Of a stretch of 64,000 bases of DNA, positions 26,749-37,423 are shown in pieces. The notes beneath the pieces were generated by a model. The model worked only from the letters and a program-made list of their open reading frames with translations, made no database searches and was not told the origin of the DNA. Source of the stretch: Marsupella aquatica (taxonomy: Eukaryota; Plantae; Marchantiophyta); assembly GCA_973895155.1 (NCBI GenBank), contig OZ316895.1:14486448-14550447 (forward strand), given 5' to 3'. The position numbers and the translations under genes were made by a program. The first letter of the stretch is position 1. Each line of letters begins with the position of its first letter.

Positions 26749-27477
26749 TCGCTTGCACCAGACCAGGCCAGTCTCCAATCACGGACAGATTTCGACTACA
26801 CCTCCAGTCCGAGAACCAAACTCTGATCCCTCTCTCCACTCTTCGTGTGTGTTTCTCTAGCCTTGCAGGACTGTCCTGCACAGTGAGACCATTCCTTAAA
26901 CACAACACTCCAGGAATGTACAGCAAGTCGCAAAAATGAAAACACCCAAAAGAAGCCTGTACAGCAACGATGACAACGAAAATGGGGTCGCGAGAAGTGT
27001 ATACAAATTGTCACTGTCCGGCCTCTACTGATCAGTTTCTCCAATGCTGTAAATCAACAGGAAAACTCTCGAATCGGAAAGAAAAAGGATCCGCGCAGGG
27101 AAGACGATACATGCAACTAGCCTCGAACAACAGTCGCACATACTTTCCAATTCATGCGCCACGTACCTTCTAATGATAATCTCTACTGTAGGTCCCTTCG
27201 TCGGAGTTCCTCAACTCGACCGACCTCGATCACTCATGAACAAACTTCATCGCGTCGGCTTCAAGTCACTGCCACCACCATAGCCAGAGGCCTCAATTCC
27301 GAAACTCCAAACTCCAACCTCTTCGTCATCGACGTCCAGCGTACCGATTGTACACGCTCCCGCATCGTCACGAGGCCCTTGGCAAGAATCGAACAAATCA
27401 ACGCATCACCAACAACAACACAGCGCTCTTTTCGTTCCTTCTTCTACTCTCTCATTCTAGAAACACGCACCGCACTT

Positions 27478-27525
27478 CTTCCTCTCTTCTTCTTTTCTCT
27501 CTCTCTCTTCTCTCTCTCTCTCTCG
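27478..27525. repeat. Imperfect (TC)n microsatellite / pyrimidine tract
   Basis: TCTCTCTCTCTC runs upstream of the Kelch gene. Confidence 0.85.
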
Positions 27526-27679
27526 CTCGTTTCTTTACACGAACTGACTCCAGCGCTCTGACCAGCACACCGACCAGGGTAAAGAGTTATACGAACTGAC
27601 TCCTAACTCGGCGGTAAAACGTTTTACCGCTAGAAGCAAATATTCGTGGAGATTCTCGGGAGATTCTGCGACCATGTCC

Positions 27680-29110
27680 CTCATTACTGATATGGACGGT
27701 CCGATTGGCTCAATTTTCGAAAAATCGCCAGAGGCTTGGACGGTAAAATAATAATGGGGCAATAGTTGACTCACCAGCCTACCTGGACCAAATGTTTCTC
27801 CAACCTCTTGGTTTTGGCTTTGGTCATGGTCACTAAATGGACCAAATGTGTAAGTATAGGGTGTCTCTAACCTCCTGGTTTTGGCCCTGGTTAGACCTTG
27901 TCCGTCAAATTGGCCAAAAAATAGCATCAAAATGTCAAGCTGTCAACCGGGTTTGGGAGCAGTCCGGGCCAGAATGGGGAGGGGTTCGGGAGAGGTTTGG
28001 TCGACAAAGGACCGGGTTGGGATGGGGTCTGGGCTGCGTTCAGGTGCGCTGGGGTGGAGACCGGGGGCGGGGTAGCTGGTCGGGGGGTGTTCGGGAGAGG
28101 GGTCGGGGGCATTTCGGGCCGGGTTTTGTGCTGGGGCTGGGTCTGGGGGGGGGGGAGCTGGGCCGGGGCCCATTCCGAAGAAGGGTCGGGGGCATTTCGG
28201 GGCGGATTCGGGTGCACTGGGGCGGGGTCGGGGGAGGGTCGGGGGAGGGCCAGGCTGGGTCGGGAGCCGGGTCGGGGGCCGTTCAGGAGAGGGGTCCGTT
28301 TCCAGTTTGGGAGCCGGTTCAGGTTCGGGAGCCGGTTCGGGTCCGGGTTGGGAGCAGGTCAGGGTCCAGGTGGGGGCCAGGTAGGGGCCGGGTCGTGGCT
28401 CGGGTGGCGGCTGTGTGACCCCAAACCGGGGTCTGGGGGAGCCCTGGAGGAGTCCGGAAAGTGTCCAGGGGAGTCCGGGAGAATATCAGGGAATATGCGT
28501 CAAACTGGTCGTTTTGGGGCCGTCATTGACGGTTTTACGTGCTCGGCAAGCTGTCAACTTGCCCGTCAGGTTAAACCTAGGTTTTGGCTCTGGTCATGGT
28601 CACTAAATGAACCAAATGTGGCGAGGTAGGGAGTCTCAAACCTCTCGGTTTTGGTTCTGGTCAGTCACAAAGGTTCCCGGGGAACTTAAGTGACGTACTC
28701 GCAAATAGGTGATTTACCATTTGTGACCAACATCCAAAACTGGGATTATTTTGTTTTGTGACCCTTCAGGTTTTAGACACCCTAATAACACAAAGGAAAC
28801 CGCCCTAACTCCGTGGTGAAAGCCATCAAAACGAATGTTCATAAGATTCTTGGAAAATGGGGCGATCTTGATCGTCGATCCTGATATGGAAGGTCAGAAT
28901 GGCTCATAGTAGTTTTTGACTCGTCAACCTAATTGGACAGGGACGGAAGCACAGCGGTGTAACTTAAAGACGAATCTCTGTAAAGTTTCTTGGAAGTGAT
29001 ACAATCTCGATCGTCCATTCTCGACATGGGCGGTACGATCGGCTTAATTTTCGAACAGCGCGAGGGTATAGTAATGTCATGGCAGCATGTGACTCGTCCA
29101 CCTAACCAAA
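27680..29110. repeat. G-rich strand-skewed core (~27,950-28,490) flanked by ~85-bp direct repeats; probable non-autonomous TE or TE end
   Basis: TTTTGGCT(T/C)TGGTCATGGTCACTAAATG(G/A)ACCAAATGTG... at ~27,812 and ~28,582; further degenerate repeats at ~27,688, 28,882 and 29,025. Confidence 0.6.
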
Positions 29111-30630
29111 CCGGGCCTTGGAACCGGAGGTGAGGAGCGCATCAAATGGGCTCATGGGCGGGGCTGGAATTGGAATGTTCTGTTTTTTTATTAATTGGGG
29201 ATGGGGCGAATGGCAACGCGTGGAGGAGCGGAAAGGGTGGCGCGAAAGATGGCCGAAAAGCGAGAAAGATGGTCGAAAAGCGAGCGAAACAGGATCGAAA
29301 AGGGTGTCAAAAGGACGGATTGCCGATTCGACCTTTTCGACCTTTTCGAGCTTTCCACTTGTTAGGTTGCGCCTAGTGTAATACTCCCGACCTGTGCCTC
29401 AGCTGCATCGCCAAGCGGTTCCGCCACATGTGCCGCTGCCATTGCTCAGTACGCCAGTAGGGCTCTGCTGACGCGTGAGGTTACCAGCTTTTACACGTCC
29501 TCACGAGACTCGTTGGCATGGGCGTATTTTCACTTGCGGTGGCAGGCCAGCCAATTGATTTTCTCAGTTGGGACAGGAGTGTGATTGGCCCGTTCCAAGG
29601 GTTCCTTGGAGCTTTTACCCTATATTTGAGGAGAATCTCGATTATATCACGTGGGCTGAGTTAGGTTATTTATGATATTTTAAATAAATTTCTGTGATTG
29701 GTGATAACATGTGACATTTTTTATTTTTAAGTTGTATTTTCTTAATGTTTTGATAAGTAATTTTTAATGATTTAATGACCCTATAATTTCTTTCTGTCAA
29801 AAAGACATATCCTCAACAACCCCCTCCCCCCGTACCCACCAACAGAATTGCAGGTGTATTAATTAATGTTTTAATTTGGTTAGATAAGGATTTGGCAAAT
29901 AACAGAGGAATTTTGCAGTTTTACTGTCAATGGAGTAGCCCTCACTTACCCTCACTTGGCTTTGCCTTAGTAGCACAGGGAGGGGGACTAGAGAAAGGGA
30001 GAGAGAGGAGGGGAAAAAGTGAAAATAGGAAAAAGAAAATGAGGGAAAGGGACATAAGAGCAAATACGAGGGGGAATCAAGACGAAAGGGCACCTTCACC
30101 TTCTTCTTCTTTACTACCCCCATTAGGGGTTCTTTGCAAAATTCCTGGCTCCACAGCATGCCACATCATCATGGCACACTGCAAACAGGAAGAGACTATT
30201 TTTTGGATAAAATTAACTTCTGCATTCGTGTTTGTGACAAGTTTGCTGTAAAAACTGGGACACTGTGCCATAAAAAAGAATGTGAAAAAAACTGACATGC
30301 AAATCAAAAGACAAAATGATTGAGGTAAAACTATTCCCAATAACTGTTTTATTTAGATTTAGATTTTATTCAAAACAAACAAATTTCCCGGTAACAATTT
30401 TTGATATGACATTGCTAAGTCAAATCATAATGAAAACTCACGTATAATATGACATTAACAAGATCTTGAAGAGACAGTCCTTATGAGCTCAGCATTGTCA
30501 TCATTCGGTAAGAATTGAGTAGATAATTTGAAAATTAGGATTTTACCTGTGATTTCATAGTCTCTAATGTGAATAGAAATCTTTGTTGTACAACCCCTGA
30601 AATGTTTACCCCTTCCATGAGAATGAACCT

Positions 30631-30845
30631 AAAATTGACAGATTTTATCGAGTACTAAGGGGATTATGAATTTTAGAATTTCTTTAGCTTTTTAATGAAC
30701 TTAACATTGATAGATTTAGTTGAGTTCTAAGTAGATTATAAGTTTCCAATGTTCTTTAGCTTTCCAATGAGTGTAACATTGGGAGATTTGATCAAGTACT
30801 AAAGTGGTCATGAGTTTTTAACTTTCTCTAGCTTTCGATTGATTC
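30631..30845. repeat. Degenerate tandem repeat, ~72-bp period, 3 copies
   Basis: Recurring ATTG..AGATTT...AGT.CTAA.....TTCT.TAGCTTT. Confidence 0.7.
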
Positions 30846-32517
30846 CAAATTCCACAATTGGAAATTTGTTTCCATGAAACTTTTTGTCTTAAATGATTAT
30901 GCAAAGTTAATGATTTGATGACACCGATGACTTCTCTCTCTTTGTCTATCTACGTGTAGGAATTGAAAGTGATTACTTTTGATGCAACTTGAGTGCATCC
31001 AACATCTCTTCAATACGTGGAGGAAACCGTCAAGCACCGTTTTGCTGAAGTGGGCAATTAAGCTACCCACACATTAAACAGTAGTTCACAATGCAACTGG
31101 TTTTGCAATTAATTGATGTTAATTATGGTTGCCTTGGTAAGTTTGGCAACTGTTTCAAGTGTCAAACATGGACTTGTCCATTTTTGAATTTTTTTTCTTT
31201 TGATTTGGAGGTCCATCTAGGCTTCAGTTTCTAGATAATTGCCTCTAAAATAACACAGGGTCCATGGATTAATTTTCCCTTCTTTGGGGGGGGGGGTGTG
31301 TGTTTTGAAGCACGTAAAGCCTTTCATGACTTTTCTCTTTGTATATTTGAGTGCATTAATTCTCCATAATGCACCCCTTTTTTTGAGGAGGGGATTATAC
31401 AAAACACCATAAATATAGTAAAAGTAAAAATTAAATATAGTATTACCATACAAAAACTTAAATTAAATTTAGTCAAGATCTCAAGATGATAACCAAATCT
31501 TATATGGTGATACTAACAAAATATATATGAATAGAATCTAATATAACTAAAGAAGGTATATTTTAGCAATTCCATAGCAACCACTTCTTGGATGACCCTT
31601 TAATTTGAATTTTCTATTTCAGGGATTCATTTTTTCTTGTTTGTTACCAAAAAGTCACTCAAGTTTTTGCGTACATTAATGTCCTAGTTACAGGCACTAT
31701 ATCCCACAATGCCCTCAAACCAGGACATTATCCTATTCAAATAAACCAAGCCCAGGCAGGATGGCCACGCAACTGGCCATTGTGAGCAAGGAAAACCCTT
31801 CATTTAAAAATATGAAACTCAAAATTACAAACAGGTACTACAATCTAAGACCTAAGGTACACTAAAATAAAGGAAGAAGTTCACAACTCAATCACCCAGC
31901 CACAATTGCACACAAGAAAAGTACAATTGCAATGACAATTTTTAGGGTAACAACATTGCTGCAACCACAATTGTACAATGCACATTCATTGGGCTCGGCA
32001 TTGGGTGGAGAGGATTGTCTGCCTTCCTTCGAGCCTTCCTTGCACACTAAAAATGTAAAAGGAAGGGAAAGAGGGGGAGAAAGGGGTATTATTTTTTGTT
32101 CCCAAAACCCTCTCCAACAATGATAACATTTTGCAACAAACACAAATTTATGATTGGAACAACATCAATTTTTAACAATTCCCCAGCAACAATTCCCCAG
32201 CTTAATGACCACTTCTGCAACCAATACACAATTTCACAGATGACATGGCCAAAAGGGTATCACTTTTGCAACAACCACATGCCCAAATGACAATCAGCTG
32301 GAACGACATTTGACTTCCACAATCCCAACACAGCAGCAATGACAACCTAGCCACAACAAAAGCATCGTCACAACACTAAGTGTGCAAAACAGGGCATGGG
32401 GCTCCAAAGTCCGCCTGCCTCCATAACACTTCCAATCCTCAATTGTTTTCTTGCCTTGACACATAAAAAGCTTCAACATTTTCTTTGCTTTGGCAACACT
32501 TGTTTGCCTCACCTCTC

Positions 32518-32843
32518 TGTAGAGGTTAACTCAGTCTTGGGTTGAACTATGGTTAGGATGTTAACTAGGATTAGAGTAAACCCTAGTTGAAGAGATTGAT
32601 CCTTATCTCTTCAACTTGTATGTGGTGTGAGAACACACACAAGAGAGTTCTCAAGAGAGAACACAGGGATATAGCAAGAGATGAGAGCTTGAAGAGATGA
32701 GAGCTATGGTGATGCTTGAGTACACACATAACCGCTAATAAAGCTTGGTCTTCCCGTGGACGTAGCCAACCTTGAGGCGAACCATGTAACTATTGAGCAC
32801 GTGCATGTTTGGAGTGTTTTTCCTGATCTAATTTCTCCCCACA
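32518..32843 (+). mobile_element. Solo copia LTR (326 bp), diverged subfamily
   Basis: TG...CA termini, perfect 5-bp TSD CTCTC (32513-32517 and 32844-32848), AATAAA followed by CCCGTGGACGTAGCC...GAACCATGT. Confidence 0.9.
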
Positions 32844-33680
32844 CTCTCCATTTACTATGCAATGCACAGACATCGGTCTTGCATAGTCTGACACGCCACC
32901 GAGAGAGTCTTGTTTTCTATTTCCAAAAGTCTGGTTTTGTGGTTTTGCTCCACTCTACTCCTGAATATCACATGACAGGTCCCCCTCAGCAACATAAGGC
33001 CATTGCAGGCAAGATTTTGAGAACCCTCTACAATCACTAGCAATGGTAAATTGTGCTTGTCAGGTACAACAGTTTGTTATGACTTACATCTGAGAAATAC
33101 AAACTGCACCAGTGAGTTTGAGGGCAAAGGAGAGTCACCCATCCATTCTTGGGGCTGCTCTGAAAGGACAAGTGTGTACCCATAGTACAGGGTGGAAAGC
33201 ATTGACCATGGTTAAGGATGTGTATTCTATAGCCGCTGGCTTGCTGTTGCTCATTGTTTTCGAGGGGCATCTCCACCAATGGCATGGTATAATCACCTGC
33301 AAATGACGCTTATGTTGGTTTGCTACACCAAATTGTTGTAACCCTGGCAGGAAACAGACCATAGCTGGAGATGACCTCATGTGACCATTTCTTTGCTAAG
33401 GTCATCTAAATTTCCAAACCTTCATCGTATCAGGTAATGATAGACACCCTTGGTATCACTTTTTTCTTTGTACTCTGAAGGGGGGTTAGGTAGGGACCTA
33501 GTAACCGTAGACATCTTTTGGTGTGCTCGGCTCATGCTTGATTATGTTGCAGAAGTTGTTTTTTCAATCCTAGCTTTTTCCCTTTTTTTCCAGAGCGAAC
33601 TTGTCCTTACTGATTCGGTACGTGTAATAACTTACTGTGAAGAAATGAATGGAAAGAGATTGCAAACACTGATCAAAGTT

Positions 33681-33775
33681 GATAGATAAGGTTGACTTGC
33701 CATTACTGAAAGTTAGGGTGTCACCACTACAAGACAAACTAGCTTCAGTGATAGCAAGTCAACACCTCATCTATC
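33681..33775. repeat. Imperfect inverted repeat (~36-bp arms, ~22-nt loop)
   Basis: GATAGATAAGGTTGACTTGCCATTACTGAAAGTTAG pairs with CTAGCTTCAGTGATAGCAAGTCAACACCTCATCTATC. Confidence 0.8.
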
Positions 33776-33896
33776 CGACGACTCTGAAGGAAAGCAATTA
33801 AGAAACTGACTTGCAAAGCTGACCAATAAAAAGTGGCATAAGAGTCAACTTAATATTTTTAGTGCTTAACATTTAACTTTGTTGTTGTTGTGAAAG

Positions 33897-35123
33897 GTGG
33901 GTCCTCTTGATTCGCGGTCCCGGTCCCGGTTCACGGTCTGCCACAAGTTGGAATCCAATTTGGATGAGGCTGGGGCCGTCATGCTTGGAGTTCCTGGACT
34001 ATACACACATAGAAGAGATTTTCTAGCTAAATGGAGCAAAGAGTTAGCAATGGCCAAATCGGAGAGTAATGTCAAATATGCGAGCAAGGTCGTGCAGTTT
34101 GGAGAGATTGGCGTGGAGGTTGCAGATAGAGGAACGCGTCCATCACGAGTTGTTCCCATGGTCAGGAGTATTCATTTCTTGAGGAGGGAGAAAGTATCGA
34201 ATTTGCATCGCATTGGAAGCGGCATCCAAGGACATGTGTTCATATGTCATATATTGGATTGCCCATTGATTCCTCGAAATGCAACACTGGTTGCAAAACA
34301 ATTTAAGGATGGAGACCGGCACAAGAGACAAACAGATGCCTTACAAGAAGTGTTCATGGGAGGTTTGAATCACAAAGGAATAATTTGGGCCTTGGCAATG
34401 ACTATCGAAGATCCACCAAAACTTATCTATGACCATTACAATGGCGGTGACTTGGGAAGCTTCATAGATAAGTGTGGGAAATGGAGTAAGAGCAAAGGGA
34501 AGACACAATCCACTTCTAAGGTTGATGTGACATTCATATACGAAAAGAAACTCTTTTTGGAACATCATTTGGGGATTGCTATGACTCTATTGGAGACCTT
34601 GCAATATTTGCATGCACACGACCGTTTCTATTGTGATCTTCATTTTGGGAATATCCTTCTTCACTTTGATCACGAGGATGATTTGGCAATTAGAGTTTAT
34701 GTAGGAATATGTGATTTTGGGTTGTCCAAACACAAGTCACAATGCACATTATCACAAAATCTAATGTGGCCCACCCCTACAGAGAAAGCAATTGCGTATC
34801 AAAAACAATATCCACAATTGGCGCCTGAGCTACTTCGTTTCGATCCAGCAGAGTACAGTCAAGCAACTGACATATATGCTTTGGGCAATGTCTTTGAGAC
34901 ATTACTCACAGAAAATTGGGATAGAATGACTTCAATGACACGATATTTGAATAGGGGTTGGAATGCTAGAGAGCATGGCCCTAAATTGGAGATTATGATA
35001 CGTGACATGATGGCCACTAATGTGAAAAAAAGAATGGATTGTGTTCATTGGAGTTTGAGAATGATGAAGACATTCCAAGATTGTAGATTAGTTCAGCACA
35101 ATAGTCCTTATCTAATAGATTAG
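33897..35123 (+). CDS. Atypical eukaryotic protein kinase (single large coding exon; 5' end probably spliced)
   Basis: IGSGIQGHVF (Gly loop), VAKQF, helix-C Glu (LQE), YLH..YCDLHFGNIL, ICDFGLS, LAPE, TDIYALG. The ORF follows an acceptor-like ...ttgtgaaag; a candidate 24-nt upstream exon lies at ~33,594-33,617. Confidence 0.85.
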   Translation: MGPLDSRSRSRFTVCHKLESNLDEAGAVMLGVPGLYTHRRDFLAKWSKELAMAKSESNVKYASKVVQFGEIGVEVADRGTRPSRVVPMVRSIHFLRREKVSNLHRIGSGIQGHVFICHILDCPLIPRNATLVAKQFKDGDRHKRQTDALQEVFMGGLNHKGIIWALAMTIEDPPKLIYDHYNGGDLGSFIDKCGKWSKSKGKTQSTSKVDVTFIYEKKLFLEHHLGIAMTLLETLQYLHAHDRFYCDLHFGNILLHFDHEDDLAIRVYVGICDFGLSKHKSQCTLSQNLMWPTPTEKAIAYQKQYPQLAPELLRFDPAEYSQATDIYALGNVFETLLTENWDRMTSMTRYLNRGWNAREHGPKLEIMIRDMMATNVKKRMDCVHWSLRMMKTFQDCRLVQHNSPYLID

Positions 35124-35298
35124 GGATGACATAATTTCATCGTGAATGACAATGATAGATGACATGAACTATTATCTATTTTAATCATGTCATATGAATG
35201 AAATATATTACTCATTTTGTTTCATTGTATGTTGTTATCATTTTTATCTTGAAGAGTATATGGCGAATGAATGCTAAAAATGTTTTTGTTATTGTAGA

Positions 35299-37231
35299 AT
35301 CTGCAAGGATAGAAAAATGGGATTTGGAATCCGACGAGGAGGAAAAACCTAGAAAGATTCCATATTTATATTTGTAACTTACTCAGGATTTACACCTTTG
35401 GTCTCAGGATCAATACGCTGAAGAAGATTCTCAACCCATAGACGAGGACATTGGAATGAGTAGCAATCATGCAAGGCAAAGCATAACCAAAATGGATGAG
35501 GACACCAAGGATGTTGAATGGAACATCACAATGCCAAATATGAAACCTTCTCACAATGAATGGCCCATCAACGCCAAAGAATTGGAGATATTGATGCCAC
35601 GTGTGGAGTTCCAAAAATGGATGAAAATCATTTTTGATGATGAAAATTTATGGGCCACAAGGTCTTGGATGCAAGAGAAGTACACAATGTCCAAGGTAAC
35701 ACATGTGGAAATTGGCAAGCATTGACAGCAAAGATTTTGAGAGTATGCTCCAAAGAAGGCGCAAGACAAAACAAGCTCAGTTTATCCTCCTTTTCTCTGA
35801 CTCCTAATTGCTGAATTTATTCTCAAGTGGAAGGTGGATTACCGTTGGGAAACAAAAGAGGGCAAGATGACTCACTCTGTGCATCAGTCTGTCCTGGACA
35901 TTGCAAGTTTGAAGAGCAACAAAAATACTACAAAAGATATGTCGAGTCAAGCAACCAACAAAAGGTCAAAAAGAAAGATACATGACACGCAAGACATTCA
36001 TGTACATCAGAAAGATAAACCAACTGCATTGGAATGACTCTTCACCAAATCGGAAAGTTTCAGCGCACCAAAACATGTGGACAAAACATCACACATTGTA
36101 GCATCTACAAGTAATAATTTGCTAGGAAAGTTCACTGGTGTTTTGGATCCAAAGAAAGAATCACTGAGCATGGAGATTGTGTGCAAGAGTTTGGACACAG
36201 AGATTGGTCATTTGATTGAGAACAATCTCCGAACAAAGTTTTGTCTTGACCTTTGTGAAGTTGGCAGCATTGACTACTACAAGTCAAAGTTGCAAGATAA
36301 TCTTTTGAAGATGAAAGCAATGGAAAAAATGCCCATTCAAAGTGCGACTACTTTAGAGGTGAAGGAATACAAGGTGCAACTATACAACAAGATGGAGGAG
36401 ATCGCAATGCTCAACAAACAACTTGCCCAAAAGGATGGTCAATCTAGTAAAATGAAACAAGTTCAAGAGGCAGATAGAGTCATTCAGGATTTGAAGAATC
36501 AAGTTGCATCACAAGGGGTGATCATAAGCAATTTGCAAGAGGAGATCAAGCAAATGAACACTGCTGAGGTGGATGGTCAGTCAGACAAGGAAAAATCAAG
36601 ATGTAGGAACTACAATTATATGAACTTGCAAATGATTGATCATACGGGAGAATCTCATCTTTTTCCGGATGTGGAGGAGGATCCAGAAGATGTAGAGAAA
36701 TTTTTTGACAAGTGGAAGACCGATGAAAGTATGGCCCAATTTGTTCGAGAAAATGATGGAAGATGTACTTGGTGCTTGTATCCATGGGGTCCTGAATCTA
36801 TTTCCATTTTGGGAACATGCGGTCACTTATGGCATCATGCTTGCTTGTTTCGGTGGATGAAGAAGAGCCAAAAATGTTGATGTCGAAAACCATTTCATGA
36901 ACGAGAGTATGAGCAACGAGGTTTGTTGAAACAAATGCCACCAATGGAGATACAGCAAGACACTGAAGACATGACTCAAGAGAGTATTGCAATGACACAG
37001 ATCGATTCAAGGCCCATTGACAACTTCACAGTTAATGAATACAACTTGTCAGATGGTGACTTTGACAATTTGCTATTCAGTGGTAGATTCCAATAGTGGA
37101 AGGAATATGCCATGGCCAATCGACCAACAACAGATGAGCAAAACATGCAGCGATCTATTCGTCGCCATCGTCGTCGTCAGCAACTAGCAGAGGTGAAAGC
37201 AGAAGCGCAAGACAATGAAAACCGAAATGAG
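35299..37231 (+). pseudogene. Decayed coiled-coil plus RING-H2 (E3 ligase-like) gene
   Basis: Fragments 35456-35725, 35834-36037 and 36077-36880 are separated by stops. A coiled-coil stretch precedes CTWC-x14-CGHLWHHAC-x10-C*CRKPFHER; boundaries are approximate. Confidence 0.7.
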
Positions 37232-37423
37232 TAGATTGCACACACAATGTTTAGTATAGCATATTTTATTGCATAGGACTTGCACAATCCGGCATAGTAT
37301 ATCATAGTTTGTCGTATAGTACTAGCATGTAATACCTAAACAGATGTCAAGGTTGTGACGAAAAGTGCCTTGTGTTATTGTTTTCATTTTCTTGCAACTG
37401 TCGATCAAATTGAAATTGTCTTG

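Noticed and set aside
27837-28629. Gly/Pro/Arg-rich ORFs of up to 210 aa in several frames
   Set aside because: By-product of G-rich low-complexity DNA with few stop codons; no domain signal.
33037-33285. FSDVSHNKLL resembling a LINE RT motif
   Set aside because: Single weak match with no other RT motifs nearby.
33657-33671. GATTGCAAACACTG as partner TIR of the 41,306 end
   Set aside because: Same orientation rather than inverted, similarity limited to ~14 bp, no TSD.
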